Source of the DNA: Octopus sinensis | Taxonomy: Eukaryota | Reading direction: 5' to 3' | NCBI RefSeq assembly: GCF_006345805.1 | Contig: NC_043001.1 | Coordinates: 48,670,001-48,734,000 of the forward strand | Length of the DNA stretch: 64,000 nt | In this document: positions 39,031 through 51,500 of the stretch, piece after piece | Layout of the letters: every line of letters starts with the position of its first letter | How positions within the stretch are numbered: position 1 is the stretch's first letter | Made by a program: the position numbers and the translations under genes | Notes under the pieces: model-generated | Seen by the model: only the letters and a program-made list of their open reading frames with translations | What the model was told of the DNA's origin: nothing | Databases searched by the model: none

Positions 39031-40247
39031 CATCTAAGAATTCATTCATCATTAAAGACCCCTTTCAGTCATGAATGATCATGGGATTGCACTTAGAAAG
39101 TTACCCTCTAAGACACAAGTCCAGGCAAGGTAGTTTATGGAAGACCAGCAGTCGACCATACATACCAGCCTCCCTCTCCACACCACCGATATTATCCAAG
39201 GGAAAAATAATAATGTAAGTTGACTTATACACCAAGACACTATGGAAGACTGAAAATGCCCAACGTGCTAACGGTTCTGCCAGTTTGCCCTCTTTAGTGT
39301 ACGAAATGATCCCTTGCTTCAGTTATCTGAACAGTTTGACAGGAGTTGGTCAACTGAAGAGCTGCCAAGGTTCCATGGCTGTTTTGGCATAGTTTCGATG
39401 GCTGGATGCCCCTCCTAATGCCAACCACTTGCTGGTTATAGAATCAACATTGTATAAAAGCAAAAAACAATAATGATATTTCAAATACAACTTTTTCATT
39501 TAAACATTTTCCTTACACCAGCTTGCTTAAAATTTCTACACCTCTTCTTCCTTGTCTTTGCCACCACCACCACATCCTTATGCAAATATATTTTCTGGCA
39601 TATAAGTTACAGTTTTAAAACCATAACTTATAAGCCAAAACAATGTAAGTCAAAAGTGTTCCAGCCATGACTATCCCAGATTATCAATTTGTTTTATTTT
39701 TATATTCCATTTGTGAATAGGAGGTGTGGGTGTGTGGTAAGAAGCTTGCTTCCCAACCATATGGTTCCAGGTTCAGTCCCACTGTGTGGCACCTTGAGTT
39801 AGTACTTTCTATAGTAATCTCAGGCTGACTAAAGCCTTATTAGTGGATTTGGTAGACAGAAACCGAAAGAAGCCCATATATCTGTGTCTTTGTTCATCCC
39901 CCTTCCACTACTTGACGACTGGTGTTGGTGCATTTATGTCTCATATCTTAATTTGGCAAAAGACACCAACAGAATAAGTACCTGGCTTTAAAAAATAAAT
40001 AAGTACTAAGAGTGATTCATTCGATTAAAAATCTTTAATGGTGGTGCTTCAGCATGGCCACAGTGTTATGACTGAAGCAAGTAAAAGGTAAAAAGATATA
40101 AGAATAGCATCATTGGTTAAGGGTTTCCAACAGGAATTTCTTTGGTTCATTGTTTTCCTGATGGCAAGAGTGATGAGGAAGTGTCTCAGTTGATGCAAAA
40201 GAAGGGATTTTGTGCATTAAATAGTGGTTCTATTTTTCTTGATGAAC

Positions 40248-40250
<3 letters not shown>

Positions 40251-40314
<64 letters not shown>

Positions 40315-40385
40315 ACTCACTCACTCACTCACTCACTCACTCACTCACTCCTCACTCACTCACTCACTCACTCACTCACTCACTC
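40251..40385. repeat. (TC)n-(TCAC)n compound microsatellite
   Basis: Direct inspection. Confidence 0.95.
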
Positions 40386-41029
40386 GCTGCTGCTGCTTCC
40401 GCTACCATTTTAGTGTCCATGTTTCCATGCTTGTAATGGGTCAGATAAAATTTATTGAGGCAGATAGTTTACTACCAGAGCTTTACCTGTCGCCAACATT
40501 TAGAACATTGGAGACCCAACTTTGCATGAAGGACCTGAGGTGATTTTTCAAATAATTTTAGGAAAAAAAAATTATATACTATCAAATATGGTACATTTGA
40601 CTTAGGGGAATAGCAGAAAGGAATGATGATTGTGGTGTTGAATAAGATTGGATGGAACTGTAATTATGAAATATTAATGGTTTTTGTCAGTTTCCATCTG
40701 GTAGTGTTTAAAGCCAGCCCCTAGAGTGTGGCTTGGAAGAGGAGGAAGTGAAGGATGGTAGTCTCTTAGGATCAGACTGACTTTCCCTAGATATACAGAT
40801 ATGTCTTACAACTAACCAGTTAACATCATTTACCAGGGTGACCATGTATAAAAATATATGCAAATATATGCAAATATTCCTGCACACTAAAGGAGAGATT
40901 CTCACATGCCATATGCAAGTCAGCATCTCCTATCATGGTTTTGTGTCTTGTCTTGGTATCAGTTCTACTTCAGCAGACGTTCTGTAAATATCATACTTAG
41001 CTCAGTTCTATATTTAAGAGATGAGGAAT

Positions 41030-41341
41030 TATGTATGTTATTTACATTTGGTGGATATTTGTCCTCATCTTGTTTGTAGCCTGTGCTCTTAACCACTACG
41101 CCATATGCCCACGGGCATATGGCGTAGTGGCTAAGAGCTACTAACCCCAAGATTCTGAGTTTGATTCCAGGCAGTGACCTGAATAATAATAATAGTAACA
41201 TCGAAAAATACCTTAGGAATGAGAACCCAGGTTCAAAATTTCCCCAACACACCTGATGAAGGCTGGGGGGTATATCAGCCAAAATGTTGTGTTAACAACA
41301 AACAAGATGAGGACAAATATCTGTCAAATGTAAATAATGTA
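41030..41341. mobile_element. Head-to-head pair of tRNA-headed elements, the + copy carrying a hammerhead motif
   Basis: 26-bp palindrome of A-box heads (41085-41138); B box gagtttgattcc (41157-41168); CTGATGA-A-GGCTG/CAGCC-AAAA motif (41253-41284); about 44-bp inverted terminal segments. Confidence 0.7.
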
Positions 41342-41982
41342 TCATACTTGCCATCCTCAAAGATGTGTAAAAAGAAGATTTCTCCATTTACTAGTAAACA
41401 AGGCAAGAACTAGAGCCTTTTGATTTGGGAATAATGGTTTCAAGTTTTAGTGCAAGGCCAGCAACTTCAGGGGATGCAGTAAGTCAATTACAGTGACCCC
41501 AGTGTTCAATGTGTGTGTATATTCGTGTATGTGTGTATCTATCTATCTGTCTATCTATGCATGTCTTTGGGTGTATGTGTTTATTTATGTCCCCATAACT
41601 TAGCAGTTCAACAAAAGAGAGTGACAGTGTAAGTACTAGGCTTTAAAAACAAAAATACAAACTATAAGCCCTTCAAAGTTATGTCCCAAATGGTCACAGT
41701 CAAATTACTAAAACAACTAAAATCTAAAAGGTATTTGACTTCAAGTTATTTCTAAATCAACTTTAGAATAAACCTGGTATTAATTTGGAAAGTACCTCAA
41801 TTAGATAAATGCATTTCTTTTAATACATGTTTATATCTAAAATAACTAATATAAGTTGTTTGGTAGTATCTATTTTATGTTGCTATTCAGCCCCAAGTTT
41901 TGATCTGTGAAACAGCAGGCTTATAATCAAAGATGTTCCAGCCATGGCCATTTCACTTTTTATTAAATAGTATCCTCTAGGA

Positions 41983-42183
41983 CAGTGCTTTTCAAACTTT
42001 TTGCTGGAGCGGAACCCCAAGGAAACATTCCACTGGCTCGAGGAACCCCTGTGCAATAATTTAATAGTCTTATGCACACATATCTGCACAGGAGAATTAA
42101 AAATTACTGCCAATTTTAGCAGTTTTGTAACTTCTTGCGGAACCCTTGGACTGTACTGGCAGAACCCTGGTTGAAAACCACTA
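41983..42183 (-). mobile_element. 201-bp hAT (Charlie-like) MITE
   Basis: Reverse complement of 24971-25170; perfect 8-bp TSD CTCTAGGA; interrupts an older unclassified repeat (41880-42300). Confidence 0.95.
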
Positions 42184-43163
42184 CTCTAGGACAACATTAT
42201 TTAATGAGTCCTAATTTCAAAATGGTAGGGTGCAATTTGAAGGTGATTTTATTGCTATTTCTACAATTTTGAGTGATCAAGAAGCTCACTGACTAGCTTT
42301 GTTATGAGGTCTAGTTTTCATTACATCACCTTGACAAAGTAGCATGTGACTGATAGATAAGTACCAGTTATATATCATAGGAGTTGTTAATTTCATCAAC
42401 TGTAGCCTTCTTTTACAAGTTGACATCTCAGATAACTAAAGCAAAGGGTCGTTTTGTACACTAAAGATGGCAAACTGGAAGAATCGTTAGCATGCTGGGC
42501 ATAATGCTTAACAATATTTCATTTGTTTACGTTCTGAGTTCAAATCTAGCCGAGGTTAACTCTGCCTTTCATCCTTTCAGGGTCGATAAAATAAGTACCA
42601 GTGGAGCACTGGGGTCGATGTAATCAACTTATGCATTCCTTGAAAATTTGAAACCATTATTTGGTACATTCATTGATGAATGAATTCAACTCCTGGACCG
42701 GGCTGTGTGTTGTGTTCTTGAGTAAAGCACTCTATTTCATGTTGGACTGTTCAACCCATGCCAGCATGGAAAACAGACATTAAATGATGATAATGATGTT
42801 AATTACTTACTTGATGGCAAAAAAGACACATGGGCATATTATACACATCCTAATTACAGAAGTGTATGTCCATGGAAAAAAGAAGTGGAGGCACATGGCT
42901 TAGTGGTTAGGGTGTTGAACTCATGATCATAAGATTGTGGTTTTGATTCTTGGACCAGGCAATGCGTTGTGTTCTTGAGCAAAACACCTTATTTCATATT
43001 GCTCCAGTCCACTCAGCTGGTAAAAAAGAGTAATACTGCAACAGACCAGCATCCTGTCCAAGGAGGAATGTATATGTCATAGAAATCAGGAAACTGGCCC
43101 TTTGCTCCTTACAGAGTAAGGTGGACTAGCCCATATTCAAGTAAAAAGTTATTAGTACATTAA

Positions 43164-43595
43164 CCCTTTCGTTACTATATTTCTGACCAAAATACACCCC
43201 TTATGTGTTTCAATTAATTTCTAACGTAATCATAAATTTAGTCTGGTTTCATTAAACAACTATAACTTTTTTATTTATCAATATATTAATCTGATTTTTG
43301 GAAGATAATTTAATGAAATATTCTCAACCAATTCTATACTATAATTTTTGTCACAAAGTGACTCTAATTGCAGGTAGATACAGGTAAATTCAACAATATA
43401 TAAAATTAAAATTTTGTTCAAACATTGCTATAGAAAATGGGTTATTAGCTAATATTCAATTGGGTATACAACAAAATTTTACGATAGAATTTGTTATTCT
43501 GGGTAACTTTCTGATACCCATAATAATATTTATGGCAAAATAGTCTTAATTTCATTTAAGGTTATGGGAAACCACAAACTATCGTTTCTTTTGCT
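43164..43595 (-). mobile_element. Truncated piggyBac derivative (one end only)
   Basis: TTAA|CCCTTTCGTTAC; almost identical to 36679-37110, then breaks off. Confidence 0.9.
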
Positions 43596-44089
43596 TTGAG
43601 GTCTGAGGATGAGTTGGTGGGGTTTTTTTTTTTTTTTTTTGTGTGTTTGGTCCTTTCTCCTCTAAAATCCATTTCTGCTGTTCATATTGTTCTTGCTTTG
43701 TGTCAAGAACTTTCTGTATAATTCTTGCTAAACCAAATGAGCAAGTTTTCTGCACTGCACAGCACTGCACTCCCAGATTAAGATCTAGCTTTCCAAGGTT
43801 TGCTTTCAAAATCTTCGTCCACCTCATTGCCATCACTGCCACCAACACCAACACCACTATCATTATGATAGCTAAGGATTATAAAGGTTTAACTGCAGTA
43901 TTTATAAACTTGATAGATGTAGGGTAATTTCAACTCCTCTTCCTGTCTCTCCTTTCCTGCTAACTCACACTCTCAATCTACTCCCTTACTCTCTCACTAC
44001 TTCATCTTCTTTCTTTCCCTCTCCCTCCCTACTGTGGTGATCATTTCAGTAATCTCTTAATACTGATACCCACAAATGTTTTACTCTTC

Positions 44090-44095
44090 TTTGCT

Positions 44096-44169
<74 letters not shown>

Positions 44170-44252
44170 TCTCCCTTTTATCTTTGCTACCTCTCAATAC
44201 TTTCTTTCAAACCCCTTTTCCTTAATGCTTTTTCTTTATTCAATGTCTTTAT

Positions 44253-44305
<53 letters not shown>
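44090..44305. repeat. (TC)n(TA)n and (TC)n microsatellites
   Basis: Direct inspection. Confidence 0.9.
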
Positions 44306-44306
<1 letters not shown>

Positions 44307-45332
44307 CTTGTCTATTCTGCTTGTCTCATTCTGTCTATTCTCATTATCCTTTTTTTTCCTGCTTATCATCCTTCATCTCTTTGTCTCTTCTTCCCCCCCT
44401 CCCCCTCTCTCTCTGACACACACACGCTCATACACAATCTTTATCAGTCTATCTAACCTGTATAATCTAATCTATCAATCAATTTAATCTAATCAATCAT
44501 TCAAGTCAAATCAATCAAGCCAAATTTTCATTAATACTAATAACATTTTTCTGTAATTTTGATTAATCGAAAAATTACCACCTCAAATGGCCAGCATGCA
44601 CTCAGCTGTATATTATTGCTGCAGAAATTGCCCTGAGGAAATTTTCCATATCATTTAAATTTTAATTTTCCTAATCAGTGAATATTCATCATGTAAAACA
44701 GTTATAGTTCTGTCAGTCTTGGCAGCCCTTGAGTGAACCATGCTTCACTGAAGAGGTCCAATAAGACTGAAACATGTTCCGAGTTGTCACCATGGCTACC
44801 AGTGATCAGGCACGCTCTCCCTGCTCCTCCCAAACTCATTCAAATTTGTATTTTACATACCTCCCTTAACTATCTTTAACATAAAGCAGCAGGGTAATTT
44901 TAAGTTAAAAATCATTTTTGGTTCATTACTTAAATATGCTGACCTACATTTGGCTAAAAATACATACATCACACACAGCCACAAGAGTAACTGCGTGGTT
45001 GAAAATCTTGCTTCCAAACCACCTGATTCCAAATGATCATTCCCATTATGTAGCACCTTGGGCAAATGTCTTCTACTATATACCCAGGCTTGACCAAAGC
45101 ATTGTGAATGGATTTGATAGACAGAAACTAAAGAAGCATGTTGTGTAACTATGACTATCTGTTCATTTATTTTTATTTTATGGCTTCGGTAGTTTTAATA
45201 TGCATGAGCTTGCATCTTTTATCAACTATCCTCAACTAATCTTATATGTACAGCTCAGCTGTATATACAATAAGATCTATTTTATTCTGTACTGCTGATT
45301 TAACTAACTTCTCAAATTTTTACCTGTTATCC

Positions 45333-45383
<51 letters not shown>

Positions 45384-45393
45384 TATACACACA

Positions 45394-46641
45394 CAGAGTA
45401 TGGTGAATAAATTGTCGTCTGAATTATGCAAAAATGAAAATATCATTGACACTTCATTGTAACAGATATAGTTACCAAAATTACATAAAAATATCTTGAA
45501 ATACTAAAGAGTAAATTTATTCAATAAAATCGCCATTAGCTTCAAGCATGGTCTCTAGACTACTTCGGAATCTCCTGCAACTTTTCTGGACAGTCTCCAT
45601 GTTTAAGTTGGTGAATGCTGCCATAATCCTTACCTTCAGTTCATCTTTGCTGTTACAAGGAATTTTGTTGGTCTGTTGCTCCCCACACATAACAATCAAG
45701 GGGGTTGCAGTTTGGCAAGTTGGTGGCCAGATGTTAGGAGTCGGGTGGAGTGGTCACAGAAGTTGTCTGACAGCCATGACTGGGTTTTCCTGATTGAGTC
45801 TTGTTGCCAGACAGTCTTCCAGCACCACCTCCTCCAGGCACTTGATGTAGGCTTCCATATTGAGTCTTGGGCTGTGTAGAAAGATGAATGGAGGCATAAC
45901 ATCGTCATCACTAGTGATCTCTCCAAACACCATGATGTTGGCTGGATGTTTGATTTTTATCACTCTCGGTACATGTTTTGGGGATACGGCAAGCTTACAG
46001 TTCTGTGTGTTCAGCATCTGATCCTGGTAGAAATTTTTCTCGTCTGAGAAAAACCAAAGCATGTCCAGTTGGAGGGGATGCTTTAGTTTGTTCAAAAGCT
46101 AAGTAGTGTGGTCTTTCCTCTTGTCCTTGATGGCTTGGGATAAAAATTGGTCCTTTCTTCATCTTGTATGAGGAATACCAAATGTCTTCATGCACTACCT
46201 GCCTGATAAGAAACTCAGACATCCCCATGTCCCTGGCGATGGACCTGATTGACTTGGAGGAATTGTTGTCATTTATGGTCTGGATCTCACCAACAAATTC
46301 AGGAGTTCGTTTCTTATTAGAACGATTAGAATGAGTTTTCTAAGTTGCTGTGCCTTCGTAACCGCCATTAGACTCATCCAAATCTTTCTGAATTCTCTGC
46401 ACTGTCCTCAAATTGACACCTGAACATTCTGAAACACTTATATTGGAGCTTCCAGCATGAATGCCAAGCAGTACAGCATGTTGTTTCCAAATTTCTAGCA
46501 GAGTGAATCGCATCATGGTACTGTTTTTCTCACAGATGGTGCCCGATTGACCTTACTATACTGTAGTCAACAAAATCAAAAACAAACAATGCACAAAATT
46601 GAAATTATAAAACAGCAACAATTTACACATTGCACCCTCTG
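45394..46641 (-). mobile_element. Tc1/mariner-superfamily transposon (maT/DD37D-like), about 1.25 kb, decayed
   Basis: Degenerate TIRs cagagtatggtgaataaattgtcgtc / gcaacaatttacacattgcaccctctg enclosing the transposase. Confidence 0.75.
45517..46516 (-). pseudogene. Tc1/mariner transposase pseudogene
   Basis: HTH region SIRSIARDMGMSEFLIRQVVHEDI; WFFSDEKNF; IMVFGEITSDDDVMPPFIF; WQQDS; NIWPP..; SCRRFRSSLETMLEANGDFIE*; frameshifts and stops. Confidence 0.9.
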
Positions 46642-46951
46642 TGTGTGTGTATATCACCATGATCACCGTGACCGACCAGGCTATCAGATGTTGCTACACA
46701 TTGCTGGTCACAATGCGCTTCGCATTGTTTTAGCCTTCAAATGATGCCACACCGCTGGCTAAGCGAGCAGGCCAACAGAAGAAAGAGTTGGAGAAAATGT
46801 GGCGAAAGAGTACAGCAGGGATTGCCACCATCCCCTGCTGGAGTCTCGTGGAGCTTTAGGTGTTTTTGCTCAATAAACACTCACAACGCCCGGACTGGGA
46901 ATTGAAACCGCCATCCTACGACTGTGAGTCCACTGCCATTGCGCCTCCACA

Positions 46952-46986
<35 letters not shown>

Positions 46987-48092
46987 TTATTTAAACAGCA
47001 TATGTTTATTTATAAAAAATATTGAAAAGAGAATATGTGACATCATTGCAGCTATAGTAAGATATCTTAGTAATGGAATTAACGAAGCAAATCAAGAGAC
47101 TAAATACCTTTGAAGTATCAATTTCCGTGTGTGATGAGATGAAAATGAAGACATTCAACTATAAAATCAAATTTAACCCTTGCTATACCTATTGTGTTTA
47201 TAGTCCTATGTGAGACATTAATCTGTTGTCCTTAGATATCAAGAAAGGTATGCAACACACAAATGTATCTAAATATATTATGTTCATGCTTATATATGAT
47301 AAAAATGCACAAGCGTGGCTGTGTGATTAAGAAGATTGCTTCTCAACCACATGGTTTTTATGTTTCAATCCCATTGGGCAACAATCTACTTCATAAAATT
47401 CTCAGAACCATACAAACATGGTATAGTGGATGGTTGTTGTTGTTGGTGACGGTGGCATGTATATGCATGTATGTTGATGACTCCTTGCCATGACATTGCA
47501 TGATAGATGAGTCACTGTCATACAACCAGTGTCGTTCTTTTCAAGTATTCTGTGTAAACATTCCTGGCCATTGGGCAGCAAGTGAAGGTTAGCAACAGGA
47601 AGGGCATCCTGCCATTGAAAATTTTCCCCAATAAAGAAGTGCTCTGTATTTTGTTCTTCAGGGTTGCATATTGCAATTGATACTAATTTCTTCTTACATG
47701 ACAATCTGCATATGTTGCTAATTGTTGTTCTAATTTTGTTATTGTGGTACTGGAAAACCTGATCTGAATATTTGTTATGAATTATTACATTTCTTTTTTT
47801 ATGTTTAACTGAAGAAACATGCTTTGTTAAATTGGTTTTATAACTTTATATTTCATCATGGCACACTATACAATATTTTATTCGTCATATTTGATTTCTC
47901 TATCCTAGTTTGAAAATTGTGGATCCAGTATCCAGAATCTAAACAAAAAAAATTGATTTTACTTTGACTACTTATTGTATAAATAGGTATAGTCTTAGAC
48001 TAACAAAGATTTATTTAAAAGTATTTTGCTTAGACTTTTGCTTTGCTAACTATGCCCAAGGAACTTCTTTGTGGTTAGAAATAGCAGCCAGA

Positions 48093-48505
48093 GGCGATGA
48101 GATAGCAGAAACGTTAGCACGCCGGGCAAAAAGCTTAGCAGTATTTTGTCTGACTTTACATTCTTAGTTCGAATTCCACTGAGATCGACTTTGCCTTTCA
48201 TCCTTTCGGGGTCGATTAAATAAGTACCAGTTACACACTGGGGTCGATATAATCGACTTAATCTGTTTGTCTGTCCTTGTTTGTCCTCTCTGTGTTTAGC
48301 CCCTTGTGGATAGTAAAGAAGCAGGTATTTCGTCTGTCTTTATGTTCTGAGTTCAAATTCCGCCATGGTCGACTTTGCCTTTTATCCTTTCGGGGTCGAT
48401 GAAATAAGTACCAGTTACGCACTGGGGTCAATATAATCAACTTAATCCATTTGTCTGTCCTTGTTTGTCCCCTCTGTGTGTAGCCTCTTGTGGGCAGTAA
48501 AGAAA
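48093..48505 (+). mobile_element. SINE family B with a tandemly duplicated body (dimer)
   Basis: One head, two bodies; flanked by 18-bp TSD TTAGAAATAGCAGC(C/T)AGA (48075-48092 / 48506-48523). Confidence 0.9.
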
Positions 48506-51500
48506 TTAGAAATAGCAGCTAGATACACATCAATTCACAGGTTAAAAAAAGTTTACATTGAAAACAGTAGCCCCCTCTCCATATTATCTTTATGACAGTA
48601 TGTTAGTGCTATTATAAATTTATTAATAAAACCTGCCATACACCATTACTGGTAAAGCCTATCTTTACAGTCAAGCATTTGCCAAAAAGTGCTTGAATGT
48701 CTATGTTTAATCCTGGATACAATCATTCTGTAACATATGTGAATACCATTACAATATATTAATTATTTATAATTATCAAAATATTTTAGCGTTTAAAATT
48801 GATATCAAACAATATTGAAATTTTTTATTGAATTCATGAAAAAAATATCCTAAAATATCAATAGACTTGTATAATGATTGCCTGAACAATTTTTTCAAAA
48901 GATGTAAAGTAATTGGTAGTGCTGTAGCAGCTATTGTAGGATGAAAACAGTGATAAATGATCAATAATGCCATAAATTTCAGCAGAAAGTAGGTTTGTGT
49001 AATTTCACCTAACTCGCTTTTCATAGTTTATGTATTACTTTTATGAACTACATCAGTGTATTTTTGTATCCAAGTCATTTAATTCTTTTGTAATTATAGT
49101 TTCTCGATGATTTATTTTTCCAAGATTGAGCATTCATAACACAATAACAATCAAAGTATTTAAGAATATGACAAAGCAAATTCCATTTAATGTGTATGAA
49201 TTTTACTGATTGGCCAAAAATATTAATGTAAATTTTCAAATTGAATAGAATAGTGATAGATTGACACTCCTGAACATTTTAAGTTGCTCGAATTAAAAAA
49301 TATAATTGCATGCAATCCTGAAAAGTAACGTAATCTGCAACCAAGCTTATATCTGTCTAGTCTTCCTTCAAATTCTGTTTCTTTTCTAACTTTTCTAAAC
49401 TCCATATTGTATCTCATTTCCTTTTTTGCTTCCTTTTCATTTCTTTCTGCCTTTCTTTCCATCTTTAGTCTTTTTGTTTTTTCCATTCCATCTTCTTCTC
49501 TACCATCCTATTCTCTTCTTTTTTTTTATCCTTTTTTTTTATTCCAGTAAACTTCTATAACAACCTAAAACTGAATTATAGTTTTAAAAAATCTCACATG
49601 CAAATGAAATGACTCAACTGGTGTTATTAGGTTATTAGCTGAGTCACTCTTCATATTTTTGTTGTTAGCAGTGGTGCAGTGTCCTTGAATAAGTCATTTA
49701 ACAGTTACTGCTTCATATACCTTCTCATGAACAAGAAAACATGCTACCTCAGACTACCTGTTCTTCAACAGCGCAAAACTAAAGCCTTTACAAAATTTAC
49801 AAATGTTAAACTTGTCAATCTCTGATGATTAATCGTTTCTCATGATGACCCCATAAACAAAACTACATCTCAAAGAACAGGCTTTCTCTTCAAAGAGGAA
49901 ACCACTTTGACTTTGAATATCTGCTATGTTTATACAAGATAAAACAGCACCTTTCATGGATAGTGTACAGCTTTGTTTATCTTTGATGAAACTGTAGCTA
50001 CATAAACACAAACATTCTAGACCACAACTTAAGCAAAATCCATCTGACTGATTGGCAAATCTCCTTTCATCAATAACCACTGGCATACATAGGTATTGTG
50101 TCCTCCTTTTATGTCTTCTTTTGCTATTGCAACTCCTTCAGAGTTAAGAAACATCAATGTACTCCAATCCATATTATGCCATTCTTCACTTCTCATCAAC
50201 TTTAAACACACATAGATATCATCTACAAACAAACTAGACACCTTTATGAGATCTGCTTTGCTTCCAGAAACAGGGACTTAGGAAACTTGCCATAAAAACC
50301 AAAATCTAAAATGACAACCTTATCTCCTTTAACAAGGACATAATCCCAGCATATATCAAAGACATATTCTTGCACTATGCCATCTCTACACACAAGTAAT
50401 ACACAACCTACACTAATGTGGCCAGATATATTCTGCTTCTAAGAATAGAATCAATGTGCTTCTAAGAAAAGAAACAACGTAATTGTCTTCCAATAGAATA
50501 CAGCAAACTAGTGTACTTCAACAGTCCTAAGACAAAATCACTCCACAATCAAAGAAACATTGTTTTAGTACACTCTCTCACCTTCTCTACAAATGATTCT
50601 AAAGACAAAATTCTCAATACAATCTTCTAAGTTGGAAAGTCTAACCAATATTGAATTTATAGAAAGAAGACAGTGAGTGTAACCCACTTTCATCATCATA
50701 ATTTAACATTCATTGTCCATGCTGGCAAGCTGGAAGGCTGTACCAGACTCCAGTCTGATTTGGCATGGTTTCTATGGTTGGATGCTCTTCCTAATGCCCG
50801 AAAGGAATACAAATGCTTTCTTTATCAAGACGCATCCCAATCTTTGTCTTGAGTGAAACATTCTCTTCACAACCATATAGTTACAGGTTTAATTCCACTA
50901 CATAGCACTTAGGGCAAGTGTCTTCTTCCATAACCTTTGGTTGGCCAAGATCTTATTAGTGGATCTTGTAGACATAAATTGTGTGAAAACCTATTTTCAA
51001 ATGCATGTTTGCACACACACACCCAAACATGCGCTGTCATCATTATCATTTAACATTCCTGTTCCATACTGGTATGAGTTGGTCAGTTTGACAGGAGAAA
51101 CTGATGTGTCCAAGGACAGCATTGTATGCTACTGTCTTCTTTGACAAGATTTCTATGGCTGGATACCCTTCCTAATGCCAACTGCTTGGCAGTACATACT
51201 GGTTGTTGTTTTTTTTTCTCCCCACATGACGTCAGCACAAGAGAGGTTTCCATGTAGCTTGCAAAACTATGAACCCTCTGCGGAGTAGCATTATGCTAGG
51301 ATATCAGGGTTTTAAATATGAGAGAAGGAGCCAGAGCAGAAAGGTTTCATGCTCTAGAGAAGCTACATAGCTACTCACATTTTAGAAGGGACAGTTAGAG
51401 TGGTGATCATGATGGATCTTGAAAAAGATTAAAATAGTGGTGATAAGGTGTCAGGGTGGACCAGAATTAATTCTGTTAGAATTTTAAGAGAAATGTTATA

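Noticed and set aside
49800-50690. Complex A/C-rich stretch that might be a decayed retroelement ORF
   Set aside because: No recognisable RT or endonuclease motif in any frame I could read; needs BLASTX
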